DNA of 63,508 nt, filler included, from Licmophora abbreviata (GCA_900291995.1; 8 parts of 8 records of this genome joined end to end with filler, not necessarily neighbours in it), one strand, 5' to 3'; counted from the whole stretch's first letter, positions 12,433 to 24,219 are shown. The notes: a model not told the origin generated them from the sequence alone. Made by a program: numbers and translations.

Positions 12433-13416
12433 TCATCGTGTCAGGGTGCAATTCGCAGCAGCAGCGAGGCGTTGCAACTCATCCTCGTGACGCTCCATCA
12501 AGTCCTGGTCTACGACAATCCACTCGGACAAAGGCCTTCGATAATAGGGAGTGTATATCACTAGCCCATTGCGATTTAACATGGCTGGGGCAAATGAAAA
12601 GGAGCTTCTGCTCATGATGAGTATGTCCGCTGATATGAAAGCTCTCCATGCCGAGACCATGTCCGTGTCCAAATTGACGACGTAGTTGCGTCTTTCAAAG
12701 ACATTGAAGGGCTCCCAGGATTTGCTTTCCGAGTAGATCTGTACCTCATAGTCGCCATCGAATTCAGAAACGTACCGGTCAATCAGGGCCAAGTAGTGGG
12801 AGTTGGGCGAGTAATGTTCAGCGTTCTTGCATGGAGTTGCATCGCCCCGCCGGATATGCACCGCTACTCTCTGTTTATTAGTGTTCTGAGGTTTATAATG
12901 GACCAGAGATCGAATAAGTTGGAGCCATTCAGGCGTCCACAAATCCTCGCCATCGCTTCGTCTATACATATGTTGCTTCGTCAGGAGTACTTCGCGCTTG
13001 CCATAGGTGGCATTGGTCGGGCAAGCAAACGGTAACACATCTTCAAGGCCGACCCCGCGAAGTATTGCCATCTGGTGAGATCGACGGTTTGTCCGCATTG
13101 TATGAAAGCGCTCCCTTGCCTCTCGGGAAAGATTGAATTTGTCGAGCGACACGGCACACGCTCCCCCGAAAGTTGCTCCTTCGGCAAAAGCAAAGGCGTG
13201 GGCCGACAGCATGTTTGTAATGACGGACCCCGCTCGGTCATGCTGAGCCTCGATGTACAGAATGGCGCCGGCATAATTCGTCAAATTTGTGGGCTGATGA
13301 CGGATCATACTAGAAATGTCGTTGACAAGGGGCAGGCTACTCTCCGACCAGAGGTCTGCAAGGAGCCCTGCCCCTAAAAGAAGTAAAATCGCAAGGATGA
13401 AGACGCGCCTCTCCAT
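12433..13416 (-). CDS. Type II membrane glycosyltransferase, GT11-like (fucosyltransferase-type)
   Basis: N-terminal TM anchor, VAVHIRRGD motif and ADILIMSRSSFS motif, as in GT11/GT23-type fucosyltransferases. Confidence 0.7.
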   Translation of the reverse strand: MERRVFILAILLLLGAGLLADLWSESSLPLVNDISSMIRHQPTNLTNYAGAILYIEAQHDRAGSVITNMLSAHAFAFAEGATFGGACAVSLDKFNLSREARERFHTMRTNRRSHQMAILRGVGLEDVLPFACPTNATYGKREVLLTKQHMYRRSDGEDLWTPEWLQLIRSLVHYKPQNTNKQRVAVHIRRGDATPCKNAEHYSPNSHYLALIDRYVSEFDGDYEVQIYSESKSWEPFNVFERRNYVVNLDTDMVSAWRAFISADILIMSRSSFSFAPAMLNRNGLVIYTPYYRRPLSEWIVVDQDLMERHEDELQRLAAAANCTLTR

Positions 13417-13869
13417 CTTTTTCTCAGTGTGACGGATGAGGGATGAGAAGTTAGTAAGTATCGTGTAACAGTTTCAATACCATGCACGATGCACGACCGA
13501 GAAATGCTGTATGTAATGCGTGGAGGCAACTTCAACTAATAGTACAGTTGACCACAGTATCATGATACATGTACTTGGCGCTCTCTTCATCAGTGATGAG
13601 GGTTCGATAGAGGCCCAACGCGACGGAGTCTCACGGGAAAGTTCTTCGCGCAGCATTTTTCGAACATTTTATACCTTGACGTCATTTCTGTCGTAGAGCG
13701 GTCCTATGCTGTCACTTCTAACAGAAAATCATGTATGATACATACAATGAACTACGGCCAAATACGCCGTCGACGACCGGCACAAGCTCAAGCGCACTAC
13801 ATGAATCGAAGACTCCCGAAAGTAGATAGCAGAAGTCGCAGTAACGTATCATGTTAAACACAAGGCCAA

Positions 13870-15312
13870 CTATTTCATTTGCTCTGGCGGTATCTCGGCC
13901 AGTTTCAAGTAGACAACACGACGTACTCCTAGCACATCCTCCAACGTCACTGCCAGCTCTTGTCCCTTGACACACACTTCCAACTCAGCTCGAAACTCTT
14001 CGAACGAAGTTATCGGCTTGCTTTGAATAGCCACAATCGCATCGCCTGCCACAAGCACACCGTTTGAATCTACCCGTAATGCTTTGACACCTGCTGTATA
14101 CGCCGGTGACTCCCGATCGACTCGCGTCACCCAGCACTGCGTGAGGTTCGTCGCATTCCGCTTCACACTACTACTCTCCACAACACTCACGCCCAAATAC
14201 CCCATACTCCGTTTTGCTCCGCTTCGTCGGCGGTCAGTCGCGATCATGTCACTCACAACACTTTCGACTTGGTCTGATGGGACGGCAAATCCAATCCCCG
14301 CATTGCTTCCAGACGTCGTTACAATGGCAGTATTGACACCGATGACTTGGCCATTGAGATTCAGCAGTGGTCCACCTGAGTTCCCAGGGTTAATGGCTGC
14401 ATCCGTCTGAACACAGTTTCGAATTGGACGAAGGCTCCTGCCGTTCTGGTTTGACACTTGCAGCTCGCGATTTAGTGCTGAGACGACTCCCGTCGTCACG
14501 GTCTGGCTTAGACCAAAGGGGTTTCCGATGGCCACCAACGACTGTCCGACAAGCAGATCGCCACTGTTCCCGAATGGCACACTGGGCGTCGTCGATGACA
14601 CGGCAGTCGTCGTGTTGACCAACTTCAAGACGGCCAGGTCCACTTCGGGTTTCACGTCGACCACTCGACATAGCAGAAAGTCAGAGCCCGACAGTTCCTC
14701 ACTTCGAATGTAGATGAGCGGTGTTGGTGGTGTTTCCGGAATGAGTTTTTGTAGAAAAGGTTGTACCGAGGATCCAAAATACTGAGTAATGTTTCCCACG
14801 ATAGTCGCATTGACTTCCTGATAGCTTCGTTCTGCTTCCAAGAGTCGATAGGCATTTTCAATGACGTGAAAATTGCTCACCAGATAACCATCCGAAGAAA
14901 CGAGAAAGCCTGAACCAGATCCGAGTGCACGTCCCGGCGGTAGTTTTGACCTTTTGTCGTTTTTGGTGTCGTGTGTAGTCCGCTCTTTCTGTCTTCTTCT
15001 CCCCCTCGTTCGCCCGTCTATTGGAAAGGGCAGCACACTGGTCACAAAGACGACACTGGCGGCAGATTGCTTAACGACCGTCGCGACCGATTTCTCGCTG
15101 CTCGTGAGGTTCTCAATCATATCTTGGAACGGAACAGCGAAGGAAGACGAAGAAGATCCATACAGAGTAGTCGTGGACCCGTAGCGTCCACGAGGAAACC
15201 ATGATGGAGAAACTACTCCGAAGGCAAGGGCATCGGTGGTGCTCGTGGTCGTGGTGGCGAGACCGGCGAACAAGAGACACGATGCCGTTGCCAACGAGGA
15301 GAGCGAGCTCAT
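13870..15312 (-). CDS. Deg/HtrA serine protease with PDZ domain, probably plastid-targeted (Deg1-like)
   Basis: GSGSGF, catalytic triad SNFHVI / DLAVLK / QTDAAINPGNSGGPL, and a C-terminal PDZ (GYLGV, SPA, GD). The signal peptide ends in ALA-F. Confidence 0.92.
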   Translation of the reverse strand: MSSLSSLATASCLLFAGLATTTTSTTDALAFGVVSPSWFPRGRYGSTTTLYGSSSSSFAVPFQDMIENLTSSEKSVATVVKQSAASVVFVTSVLPFPIDGRTRGRRRQKERTTHDTKNDKRSKLPPGRALGSGSGFLVSSDGYLVSNFHVIENAYRLLEAERSYQEVNATIVGNITQYFGSSVQPFLQKLIPETPPTPLIYIRSEELSGSDFLLCRVVDVKPEVDLAVLKLVNTTTAVSSTTPSVPFGNSGDLLVGQSLVAIGNPFGLSQTVTTGVVSALNRELQVSNQNGRSLRPIRNCVQTDAAINPGNSGGPLLNLNGQVIGVNTAIVTTSGSNAGIGFAVPSDQVESVVSDMIATDRRRSGAKRSMGYLGVSVVESSSVKRNATNLTQCWVTRVDRESPAYTAGVKALRVDSNGVLVAGDAIVAIQSKPITSFEEFRAELEVCVKGQELAVTLEDVLGVRRVVYLKLAEIPPEQMK

Positions 15313-15971
15313 GCTTGTACGTTAATTACTGCTCAAGCAGATGCTAAAACTGAGGTCCGGCAAGAGCTCAAGTACTGTAAGGCAGTTGTCTGGATGCAAC
15401 ACGGTATCTCTATGCAGAATTCACCATTGTCGTCGGTCGTCGGGAGACTGACTCATGACTTTTTGGCGCCAAAGAAGTTTGAGAAAGCGAACTCGATGAA
15501 TTGAATGAGTCGAAGAAGTCCTTCCGCTTGAAGCTGCAAGTTGAAGTTGTGTTGTAGAGTGATGTCATGATGACGTTTCAGGTGACTCTCACATCTTTCA
15601 AGTGCAACTCGTTAGCGAAGTTGCAGATGGGCGCTGAAGAGGAAGACATTCCTTGGCGCGCCACGCATTCAACAGGAGCCACGAAGTGTATTTTGTTGAC
15701 ATGAAATTTGTGAGTGCAACGCTTCTCTGTTCTTGACAAAGACACGCAGTCGTTTGGCGTCATTCGTGTGATTGAACACATTGCTTCTTCTGTGTCCTCT
15801 CCGTCGTGAGCCAACCGCTGGCCTCTTTCGGGATTATCATTTTTACTCTTCATTGTCAGTTCCACGAGGAAGCGCTCAAACTTTCACCTCACTTTTTGGA
15901 CCACTGAAACGTAAAACAGCTGCTAGGCTTCAACCTTCAACTGGAAACTCAGCTCAGTTCATAGCACTGCC

Positions 15972-17639
15972 ATGATGACCAGACATACTGCTGTTTCGCT
16001 GCTGCTACCGCTCTTGGCCTCGCCGACGTCCCTCCTGGTACTGGCGTTTGTTCGTGCTCCTACTACTCGTGTGACACCACAGCAGACTCGCCAATGGTCG
16101 CCGTTTGGTTCTGTGACGACCTTTTCCCCGGCGAGAGTGTCTTCACAGAGCACTCGCTTGTATTCTACGGCCAACGCTACCGTCACGACTGCTTCTTTGT
16201 CCGAAGAGGAGGCGCCGACATCCTCAGCAGCCTTGTTGGAGGATCGTACTCCTCATCAGCAGCGACATGAGAGTGCCGGCACTAGCACAAATAGCTGGCT
16301 CTCCTATCAGCAAGCCACGTTTGTTCAGGAGCCGGCCGAAGCGAGTAGTGCTGTTCGGCCGTTCGAGTCATCACCTTCCTCGTCTACTTCCGTGCCCTGG
16401 TTCACGGAACTCAACAAGGCACGCATACTATTGTTGGCGGCGGCAGCCTTGTATGGTACCAACTTTTCCGTCGTTAAGGTATTGGACGAAAGCTTGCCGG
16501 TGGGCATTGCGGCGACCTTGAGATTCGGTATTGCGACACTCTGTACGCTTCCGTGGCTACTGGCCCCACCCAAGCAACAGCAACAACAACAACAGCCAGA
16601 GTCCGACTCATCGCGCGTCCATTCGAACCTTTTTGCCGGTATGGATGAACCTACGGTCGGTGCTATTGTCACTGGTGTAGAGGTGGGCTTGTGGAACAGT
16701 ATCGGGTACTTGGCGCAGGCTGTCGGATTGCAAACCACAGATGCTAGCAAGAGTGCCTTCTTGTGCTCCCTTGCCGTCGTCATTGTACCCTTGCTCGAGT
16801 TCATGACGGGCAAGAGACTTCTAGCGCGCGAGCTGGTGGGTGCCGGTGTGGCGGTCGTCGGTGTTGGCTTTCTCGAACTCGGCGGCGGGAGTAGTGCGGA
16901 CGTTCTCTTTACTCAGGGCGATCTTGCAAGTCTCCTACAGCCCCTGGCCTTTGGCATTGCATTTTGGCGTATGGAAAGTGCCATGCGCAAGTATCCAAAC
17001 GAAGCGAATAGGAACAGTGCGGCTCAGGTGTTGGCTGTATTCTGTTCGTCCTTGCTATACTGTTTTGTGACGGAACGAGAGAGTTTAATGAATGCGCATC
17101 AGATCGTGGAATGGATTAGTACGCCTGCTGTACTGGGAGCCCTATTTTGGACGGGCACTGTCACGACAGCATTGACAGTTTACATGGAAGCAGTGGCGCT
17201 GAAGACTCTTTCGGCCGCCGAGACGACCGTTCTACTGTCTGCCGAACCTTTGTTTGGAGCTCTATTTGCCTCTGTGTTGATTGGAGAAACCTTTGGCATG
17301 GATTCCGCCATCGGCGCCGGCTTGATTGTTGCCGGGTGCATCTATAGTAACCTGGGAGTAGAGGGAATACTGGGGCAGAGAAGTAGTGTCGACGACAAGG
17401 ACGCGAGCTACACGAACGTCGTTCTGGAACAGCAATTACAAGATGACTCTTCTACTACCACAACAATAAGTGGCGCCACCAAGAAACCTTCGCCGCTACT
17501 CGTTAAGGCCGGGCTTGCTGGTGTGGCCAGCAGTATTGTTGCGGCGACCGCCAAGACGGCGGCTGTCAACGCTGCTGCTTCCGAAGAGATCGACCTCGTC
17601 GTGGAGGAAGTGCTTCGGAACACGTCCGATTCTCTGTAA
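15972..17639 (+). CDS. EamA/DMT-family transporter, probably plastid-targeted
   Basis: About 10 TM helices with LYGTNFSVVK, TLRF, QAVGLQTTDASKSAF and LSAAETTVLLSAEPLFG. Bipartite presequence VLA-FVR. Confidence 0.85.
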   Translation: MMTRHTAVSLLLPLLASPTSLLVLAFVRAPTTRVTPQQTRQWSPFGSVTTFSPARVSSQSTRLYSTANATVTTASLSEEEAPTSSAALLEDRTPHQQRHESAGTSTNSWLSYQQATFVQEPAEASSAVRPFESSPSSSTSVPWFTELNKARILLLAAAALYGTNFSVVKVLDESLPVGIAATLRFGIATLCTLPWLLAPPKQQQQQQQPESDSSRVHSNLFAGMDEPTVGAIVTGVEVGLWNSIGYLAQAVGLQTTDASKSAFLCSLAVVIVPLLEFMTGKRLLARELVGAGVAVVGVGFLELGGGSSADVLFTQGDLASLLQPLAFGIAFWRMESAMRKYPNEANRNSAAQVLAVFCSSLLYCFVTERESLMNAHQIVEWISTPAVLGALFWTGTVTTALTVYMEAVALKTLSAAETTVLLSAEPLFGALFASVLIGETFGMDSAIGAGLIVAGCIYSNLGVEGILGQRSSVDDKDASYTNVVLEQQLQDDSSTTTTISGATKKPSPLLVKAGLAGVASSIVAATAKTAAVNAAASEEIDLVVEEVLRNTSDSL

Positions 17640-17876
17640 TGAGGGGCATCGATGGGCAGGATCAAGATCATGATATAGACAGGACGTTCACTGCGCGGCG
17701 CTGAGATAGAAAGAGCAAATCCAGTACAAACGAAAACAATGCCGCTACTGACCGCCACCAGTAGAATGGAGACTACAATGAATACGACAAACCACGATAG
17801 ATAGACCGCAGACTGCTACTACCACTGAATGCTGACAGAGCATCAGCAACAACAATAATAGACAGAACATCCGCTG

Positions 17877-18984
17877 CTACCACCGTATTCTCATTCGCCA
17901 AGCTTGCTTGATGCGCTGCCAGAGGACATGTCGCAGCGTTAGCCGTCTCGTTTCCCCTACTTTCTCCAGCGCCGCGTCTACAACGAATGGCGAGGAAAGA
18001 TGCTTCGCCGGTATATCCAATACCACGATGCCATTCTTGGAATAGACAAAATCTTCCTCACTATCGTCATCGGAGGTGATGCTTTGTTCAGTAGTGTCTG
18101 TCCCTGCATAGTCCACGATAGTTTGATTCGTACTCGACCCAACCACCCTAAGAATCGCCCCCGAGTGTCGGAACGTCATGTGTCTCACAACGGACTGGAA
18201 CAGATCGGCTGTAGAGCTACTGCCACTACTACTTCTCGAAGTAGTAGTAGTAGTCGTAGTCGTCGTATCGAGGCTACCGCCACCGCGACCTTGCACAGAT
18301 CCCGTGACGAAGACACCGACGCCACCCTCCAACTGCTTCTGTCCCAGCCAGTGATCCACCGTGACGGGTGTGATAGCTTCATGCACGTGCTTCGTTGGAG
18401 GATGGATCTTGCCATCGTTGTTGGTGTTGTCTACTACCACGACGGCTACGCGCAAACCACGGGCCGCCAGTGCCTTGGCCCAGGCCTCCTTGCTGTCAGC
18501 AGCATGATCATCATCATTGAGCAATAGTATTAAGGCCCATCGCCCATAGTTCAGTAAAGGTCTCCGAGTCTGTCGCTTCATAAGGTATGCATAGAGCCTC
18601 CATGTAATAACCCAGACTGAATGTGGTACCAGGTACCAGGTAGTAACAGCAAAAGCATCAGTGACACGACGAGACTCGCGGTCAAAAATCAACCAAATCA
18701 AATCAACTTCAATCTTTACACTTCAAACTTCTTGTGGAAGCAGACTCACCCGTTACTTCTCTCCACCACGAAAACACATGCCATGGCCTCCATTCGTACC
18801 AGAACCACCGCACCGCCAAGATGGACACGACAAAGGTAGCAAACTGCCTGACTTGCTGCAGCGCTTTGGAGGGTGTCGACGCGGCCGGAGCTTCTCGAAT
18901 GTCTCGAAGTGTACTGGTGCGAGTGGAAGTACTTTTAGAAGTATTGCTAGTCTTCATGGTGCTGCGACGATGCAACAGCGACAT
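17877..18984 (-). CDS. Degenerate SDR related to very-long-chain 3-ketoacyl-CoA reductase / HSD17B12, 2 exons
   Basis: Exons about 18984-18750 and 18616-17877 (GTGAGT..CAG intron 18749-18617 restores the frame). NYGRWAL, AKALAARGLRVAVV, MTFRHSGAIL and YSKNGIVV echo KCR. The TGxxxGxG and YxxxK motifs are broken. The start is uncertain because a gap follows. Confidence 0.55.
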
Positions 18985-19034
18985 GCTGATGCTGGCTTGT
19001 ACCTCATGGTCTCTTATGAAATACGAGTATGTGC

Positions 19035-19134
19035 NNNNNNNNNNNNNNNNNNNNNNNNNNNNNNNNNNNNNNNNNNNNTTAATTAATTAANNNNNNNNNN
19101 NNNNNNNNNNNNNNNNNNNNNNNNNNNNNNNNNN
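19035..19134. other. Artificial scaffold spacer (44 N + TTAATTAATTAA + 44 N)
   Basis: An identical 100-nt structure occurs 7 times. The 12-mer gives stop codons in all six frames. Confidence 0.98.
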
Positions 19135-19409
19135 GGATTCTCTTGCTTGTGTTCTAACGGTACTCATCCCAGGCACTTGAACTCACCGTAAAGATAACTA
19201 CATACTCATCAAAGTACCTCAATAGTCTACAGCAGCTTCTCGAAACAACAGTAAATAGAACTGGCTTGGTCGGTATGGTACTGGTACTGGTACTGCGTCG
19301 AGAGACTTCGGTCCGCTGCTCTTCACGGTCACAGCGTTTGAGTTCACCGCTACCCATACGCCCCATTGTTGTCGACGATTTCTCTTAGCTCCAAAGCATC
19401 CCTCGTTTC

Positions 19410-20325
19410 TTACCCTCCGTACACCAGCTCGTCCAAGTCTGCCAAAAAGGCAGATCGCCCTGGTCCTCCGTACGAGATGTCCGTCAAGTCCTCCACATTC
19501 TTTAATGGACCCTGTGCAAACTTAATCCTCTTTCTCACTTCAGGTGGAAAGAGGGGGGTGAACAACTTGGCCAGTGCTCCAAGCAGGGCTGGAAGATTCA
19601 ACAAGAGTGAAGGCCCGTTCAAGGTTGGATAAAGGTCGTTGGCCTTCTTCGAAGCATCGCTGAGCGCTGTTCGAAACGTGGCGTCGCCTCCTACCAACTT
19701 GACGCCCCCCAGATCGTTGGCTGTCAACACATACGCCAACTTGTCATTCTGCATACTCCGTTGATTCGCAACACAAGCGTTGATTTCCTTGCAATATAGA
19801 AAGAAGTCAACCATGTCGCCGGCACTATCCAGACTGCTCATGAGAGCGACATCATCAATTTTGCCTGCGCGAATGCAGTACACCAAATCGCCCTGTGCAC
19901 TCGTCGTGGTGATGATTTGAGTAGACGTCAAGAACTGATTGATCTTGTTGGCATGCGGAGCTGCCTTCCTCACTGGATCATTGTTCCACTCGACGGAAGA
20001 TGTCGCCTCCGCAATCGCAGTCTGCGCTGCGTCGCAAATCGTCTTGCCCTCGCCCTCTCGCCACTGTAAGTTCTGTTTGAGGGTTTCCACACGATCAGCG
20101 TTCTGATTCAAAGTCCTTGAGGCAGTAGCGTAGAAAGAACATATCATTCGAATAGGGCTCTGCATCGACACTGGAAACAATCTTGGACGCCTCATCCTTG
20201 AGCTGCGCCACGGTCGCTGCGTGTTCCTTTAGCAGAGTCGATACCGGCTTATCCGTCACCGAAAATCCACAGGATGGTCCAAAGAGGCAAAGAATGAGGG
20301 GGAGAGACCACAGAGGCGTCTTCAT
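19410..20325 (-). CDS. CRAL-TRIO/Sec14-like lipid-binding protein with a signal peptide; +1 frameshift near 20100
   Basis: NDMFFLRYCL...TLKQNLQWR (CRAL N-terminus), ANDLGGV, LYP...LLNLP and PLFPPEVRKRIKF. The two ORFs (20325-20095 and 20195-19410) join if one extra base in GAA-C-GCT is removed. Confidence 0.7.
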
Positions 20326-20718
20326 GGTCGATGAAGTTGTGAAGCAGAGTAGCTAGCGCAATATCTACGTCGTAGACATTGGAGGGCGGCGTCAAAGATC
20401 TTCATAGTTTCCGACGCGACGGAAAAAGATCCTAAGGCACCCGGACGTCATGCAGATTGAATAGGGCAGAACAGTCCAAAAAGCGTTCCCGTTCTTCAGC
20501 GGCAACTGATGCGATAGGCGGATTCTGATTGGTCAAAGACTTCGCAACTGACATTCTCTGAGTGATACAATTGATGAGGTGTCAATTTGCGAACCCCGAT
20601 CCGACTGTTCAGCCAATGGTGACACGTTCACAAAATCGAAAATTTGGAAGGGAAAGTGCTAGGTACCTTCATTTCGCATTGGATTCAGCCTACTAAAGCG
20701 AAAGTTAGCACCCGAAAG

Positions 20719-23306
20719 ATGGGTGATCAAGTGAACACTGTTCCAGAGGTCGCTGAGGACTTCCTTCAGGCTTGCATTGGAAACTTTGACAGCTTCCCAT
20801 GCAATGCCAACGCCATCAAGGCCGTGTCTCTGGCGCTTGCCGCTGGAGCCGTCGGACTCATGATGGTCATTTGGCTCATAAAGAGGGTAAGCTCGGCACT
20901 CTGTGTGATATTCAGGCATCCAATTCTTTGTCAGAACCTTGTCCTTCGAGTTGTACTGCTCTGGAACTTGCCTGACTTTCCCTTCTTTGTTCTCAACACG
21001 CACACAGCTCAAAACGGCACCCCGAGGAAATGACCTCATGAACAAAATCTCGGACCAGATCAAGTCAGGAGCCAAGGCCTTCCTCACCACAGAGTACAAG
21101 TACTTGACTCTCTTTGTCATTGTCGTCTTTGGAGTTCTGGTTCTCATCTACTCCATCGATCCACCCTCCAACGAAAAGACTGATGGCATTCGATACGGAT
21201 CCTGCTTCTTGGTCGGAGCTGCTCTCTCTGCTGCCGCCGGCTGGGGCGGTATGGCTGTCGCTACTGACGCGAACGTTCGTACTACTCAGGCTGCTGACAA
21301 GGAAGGACTCTCTGTTGCACTCCGTGTCGCCTTTACGGGTGGCGCCGTCATGGGCTTCACGGTTGTCGGGCTCGGACTCCTCGGAGTCAGCCTCATGTAC
21401 TACTTTGTCCAACTTGGTTACGACTCGACCCAAGCACAAAACCTCATTTGGGCCGCCGACACACTCTCTGGGTTTGGATTTGGGGCATCTTCTATTGCTC
21501 TCTTTGCTCGTGTCGCCGGTGGGATCTACACCAAGGCGGCAGATGTCGGGGCTGATCTTGTCGGCAAGGTCGAGATGGACATTCCCGAAGACGACCCTCG
21601 AAACCCCGCTGTCATCGCCGACAATGTTGGAGACAATGTTGGTGATGTTGCGGGCATGGGGGCCGATCTGTTCGAGTCCTTCGTGGGAAGCATCATCGCC
21701 GCAGTCACACTCGCGAATGGCGACATCGTCCTCGTCATGCTTCCTTTCTGGATTGCTGGAGCAGGTATCATTGCCGCCGTTGTTGGATACTTCGCAGTCG
21801 GAACCAAGGATGGAGCCTCGCAGAAAGATCTTCTCTTTGCCCTACACAAAGGGACCATCGTCTCATCCATCCTCGTGGTTGCCTTCAGCGCCATCATCGT
21901 CTCCCAGCTCTTTGACGGGCGTTCAAGCGACGGGTGGAAGGTGTTCGGATGCATCGATATTGGACTCGTTGCAGGCGTCTTGATTGGACAAGTCACCGAG
22001 TATTTCACTTCCTATGAGTACTACCCCACGAAGAGCATTACTGAAGCGGGTGTCACAGGACCTGCTACGGTTATTATCCAAGGTCTCGGTATTGGCATGA
22101 TCTCAACCGTCTTTCCCGTCCTCATCCTAGTCGCTACCTATTCTCGGCTGCGACGCCCTCGCTGGAGAATACGGTATCTCCATGGCTGCTGTCGGAATGC
22201 TTTCTACTCTGGGCGTTACGCTCGCAACTGATGCATACGGCCCTATTGCCGATAATGCCGGTGGCATTGCGGAGATGGCGGAACTCGAAGAACGCGTGCG
22301 GGACACGACAGATGCTCTCGACGCTCTCGGAAACACCACGGCCGCGACCGGCAAGGGCTTTGCCATCGGCTCTGCCGTTTTGACGGCCATTTCGTTGCTG
22401 TCGGCCTTCAAAGACAAGGCTGGAATCGTTGTCGTTGACATTGGAGAGCCAACTGTCTTGGCCGGTGTTTTGATTGGGGCCATGTTGCCATTCCTCTTCG
22501 CCGCCTTGACCATGCTTTCGGTGCAGAAGGCAAGTGTTGGGGTATTTTGATCTTACTGTGGAGTATATTGGACAAACTGATATTGTCTAACGTATGCGCT
22601 CTCTTTTTTCGCTACTCGACAGGCTGCCGGTGCCATTATCATTGAAGTACGTCGCCAGTTTGCCGAGATCCCGGGACTTCGCGATGGCACAGCCGAGGCG
22701 GACTCGGACCGGTGTGTTGCTATCTCTACTCAGAGCTCTGTCGAAGAGATGATCCTCCCTGGTCTCTATGCCATTCTCTCCCCCATCACTGTTGGGTTCC
22801 TGATTGGACCCAAGTGTTTGACTGGGCTTCTTGGCGGTGCGATTGCGTCTGGCATGATGCTTGCCATTATGATGGCCAACGCTGGCGGCGCATGGGACAA
22901 CTCCAAAAAGTACATTGAGATTGAGGGAGCTTGCGGTGGAAAGGGAACCGAGACGCACAAGGCGTGTGTCGTCGGCGACACGGTCGGTGATCCGTTCAAG
23001 GACACAAGCGGCCCGGCCTTAAATATTCTCATCAAGTTGATGAGCATCATCTCTCTTACCATGGCTCCGTTGATCGAAGGCGATGGCAACTGGCCTGATA
23101 CGTGGTATTATGGACTCATTCCGTTGGCTTTGATGATGATCGGTACGTATCTTGTCTACTTCTTCTTCTGGCGGCATGGAATCGACATTACAGCTGATGT
23201 CGGTGGCGACGAGAAGGACTTGGAGACCGGAAGCGAGATCGAAAAACCTCTCGTCGAAGAAGCCGTCGAAGTGGGACACGATGGTGATGTTGTCAAGGAC
23301 GAGTAA
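20719..23306 (+). CDS. K+-dependent membrane-integral pyrophosphatase (H+/Na+-PPase family), 3 exons; +1 frameshift near 22139
   Basis: Exons 20719-20886, 21008-22529 and 22623-23306. Motifs [61 protein letters not shown] and [14 protein letters not shown]. The second intron is GC-AG. Confidence 0.93.
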
Positions 23307-24219
23307 TCAACTCGGCTTGCCCGCAGAATGTTATCGATCTGTCGCGGCTTTTCATGTTTGTGTCTTTGAGTATGGTCCTAACAGTCTTTGAGTATGGTCA
23401 TTGAGTATTTGTGTTAAATGAGGCTGAGACGAGTCCTGCACACTCGAAGACTCGTAGTAGCTGCTTTGCTTAATAAAAGTAGTAGCATACCTCTTGTCCT
23501 TGTGTCCAGCAGTAGATTGCCCCTATTTCGTCGCACTATTACCAGCTACGCCATGGGCAGACTGATAAGATGGCAGATTGAGGTTGTGCTGATTGCTGAA
23601 GCAAGATCGTCTTTTTCTTTTTCTTCGTACCAGGATACCGGTGCACAGATACGAGTCGGTGTTTTGGGTACCGGTATCGATCCGAGATGCCGTACAGTCA
23701 GACTGTACTATGAGGAGTATCATCTAAGAAGGTGAGTTAAATACTTATTCAAGTAGGTGAACTCTTTTCTATTTTGTACTTAAGGAGTACTCAGAAGTGA
23801 CGTGTGTGTGGATTGGATACCGCGTGCTGTGAACACGTCGTCGCTGGTTCGCAAGACGAAAGTGGAAGCGCGACTGGACCACATCGCACATCGACACCAA
23901 CACGACGGCAGCACACCTTGGGACAGGACTGTACGAAAGAGCAGTGCTCAGTCGGTCGACGAGAAGCTGGGAGCGGTGCCAAGGCGGCCAAATCTACCGA
24001 TTAAGATAGGGAGGGCTCGTAGTAGCTAGAGGACATTTTACCCCCGCGACGAAGCGAAGTTGGCGCAGCGCTGAAATCTAGTCTGCAGTAGCTGGCAACC
24101 ATAGCGTCCGTCTATTCGTTGCAGTGAAAGTTATTTTACACGAGTCCTGTGCATTAAAAGGACCAGGAATAAGGCCACTTCTGCTACTCTAGGCTTGAGT
24201 TTCCTGCAACAGTTACAGG

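Noticed and set aside
16573..18265. CAA and TAG/ACT trinucleotide runs
   Set aside because: Ordinary coding microsatellites (poly-Q and poly-T/S).
23633..23679. Short inverted repeat GATACCGGT...ACCGGTATC and nearby TTTGAGTATGGTC direct repeats
   Set aside because: Too short, with no target-site duplication or second copy to support a MITE or structured RNA.
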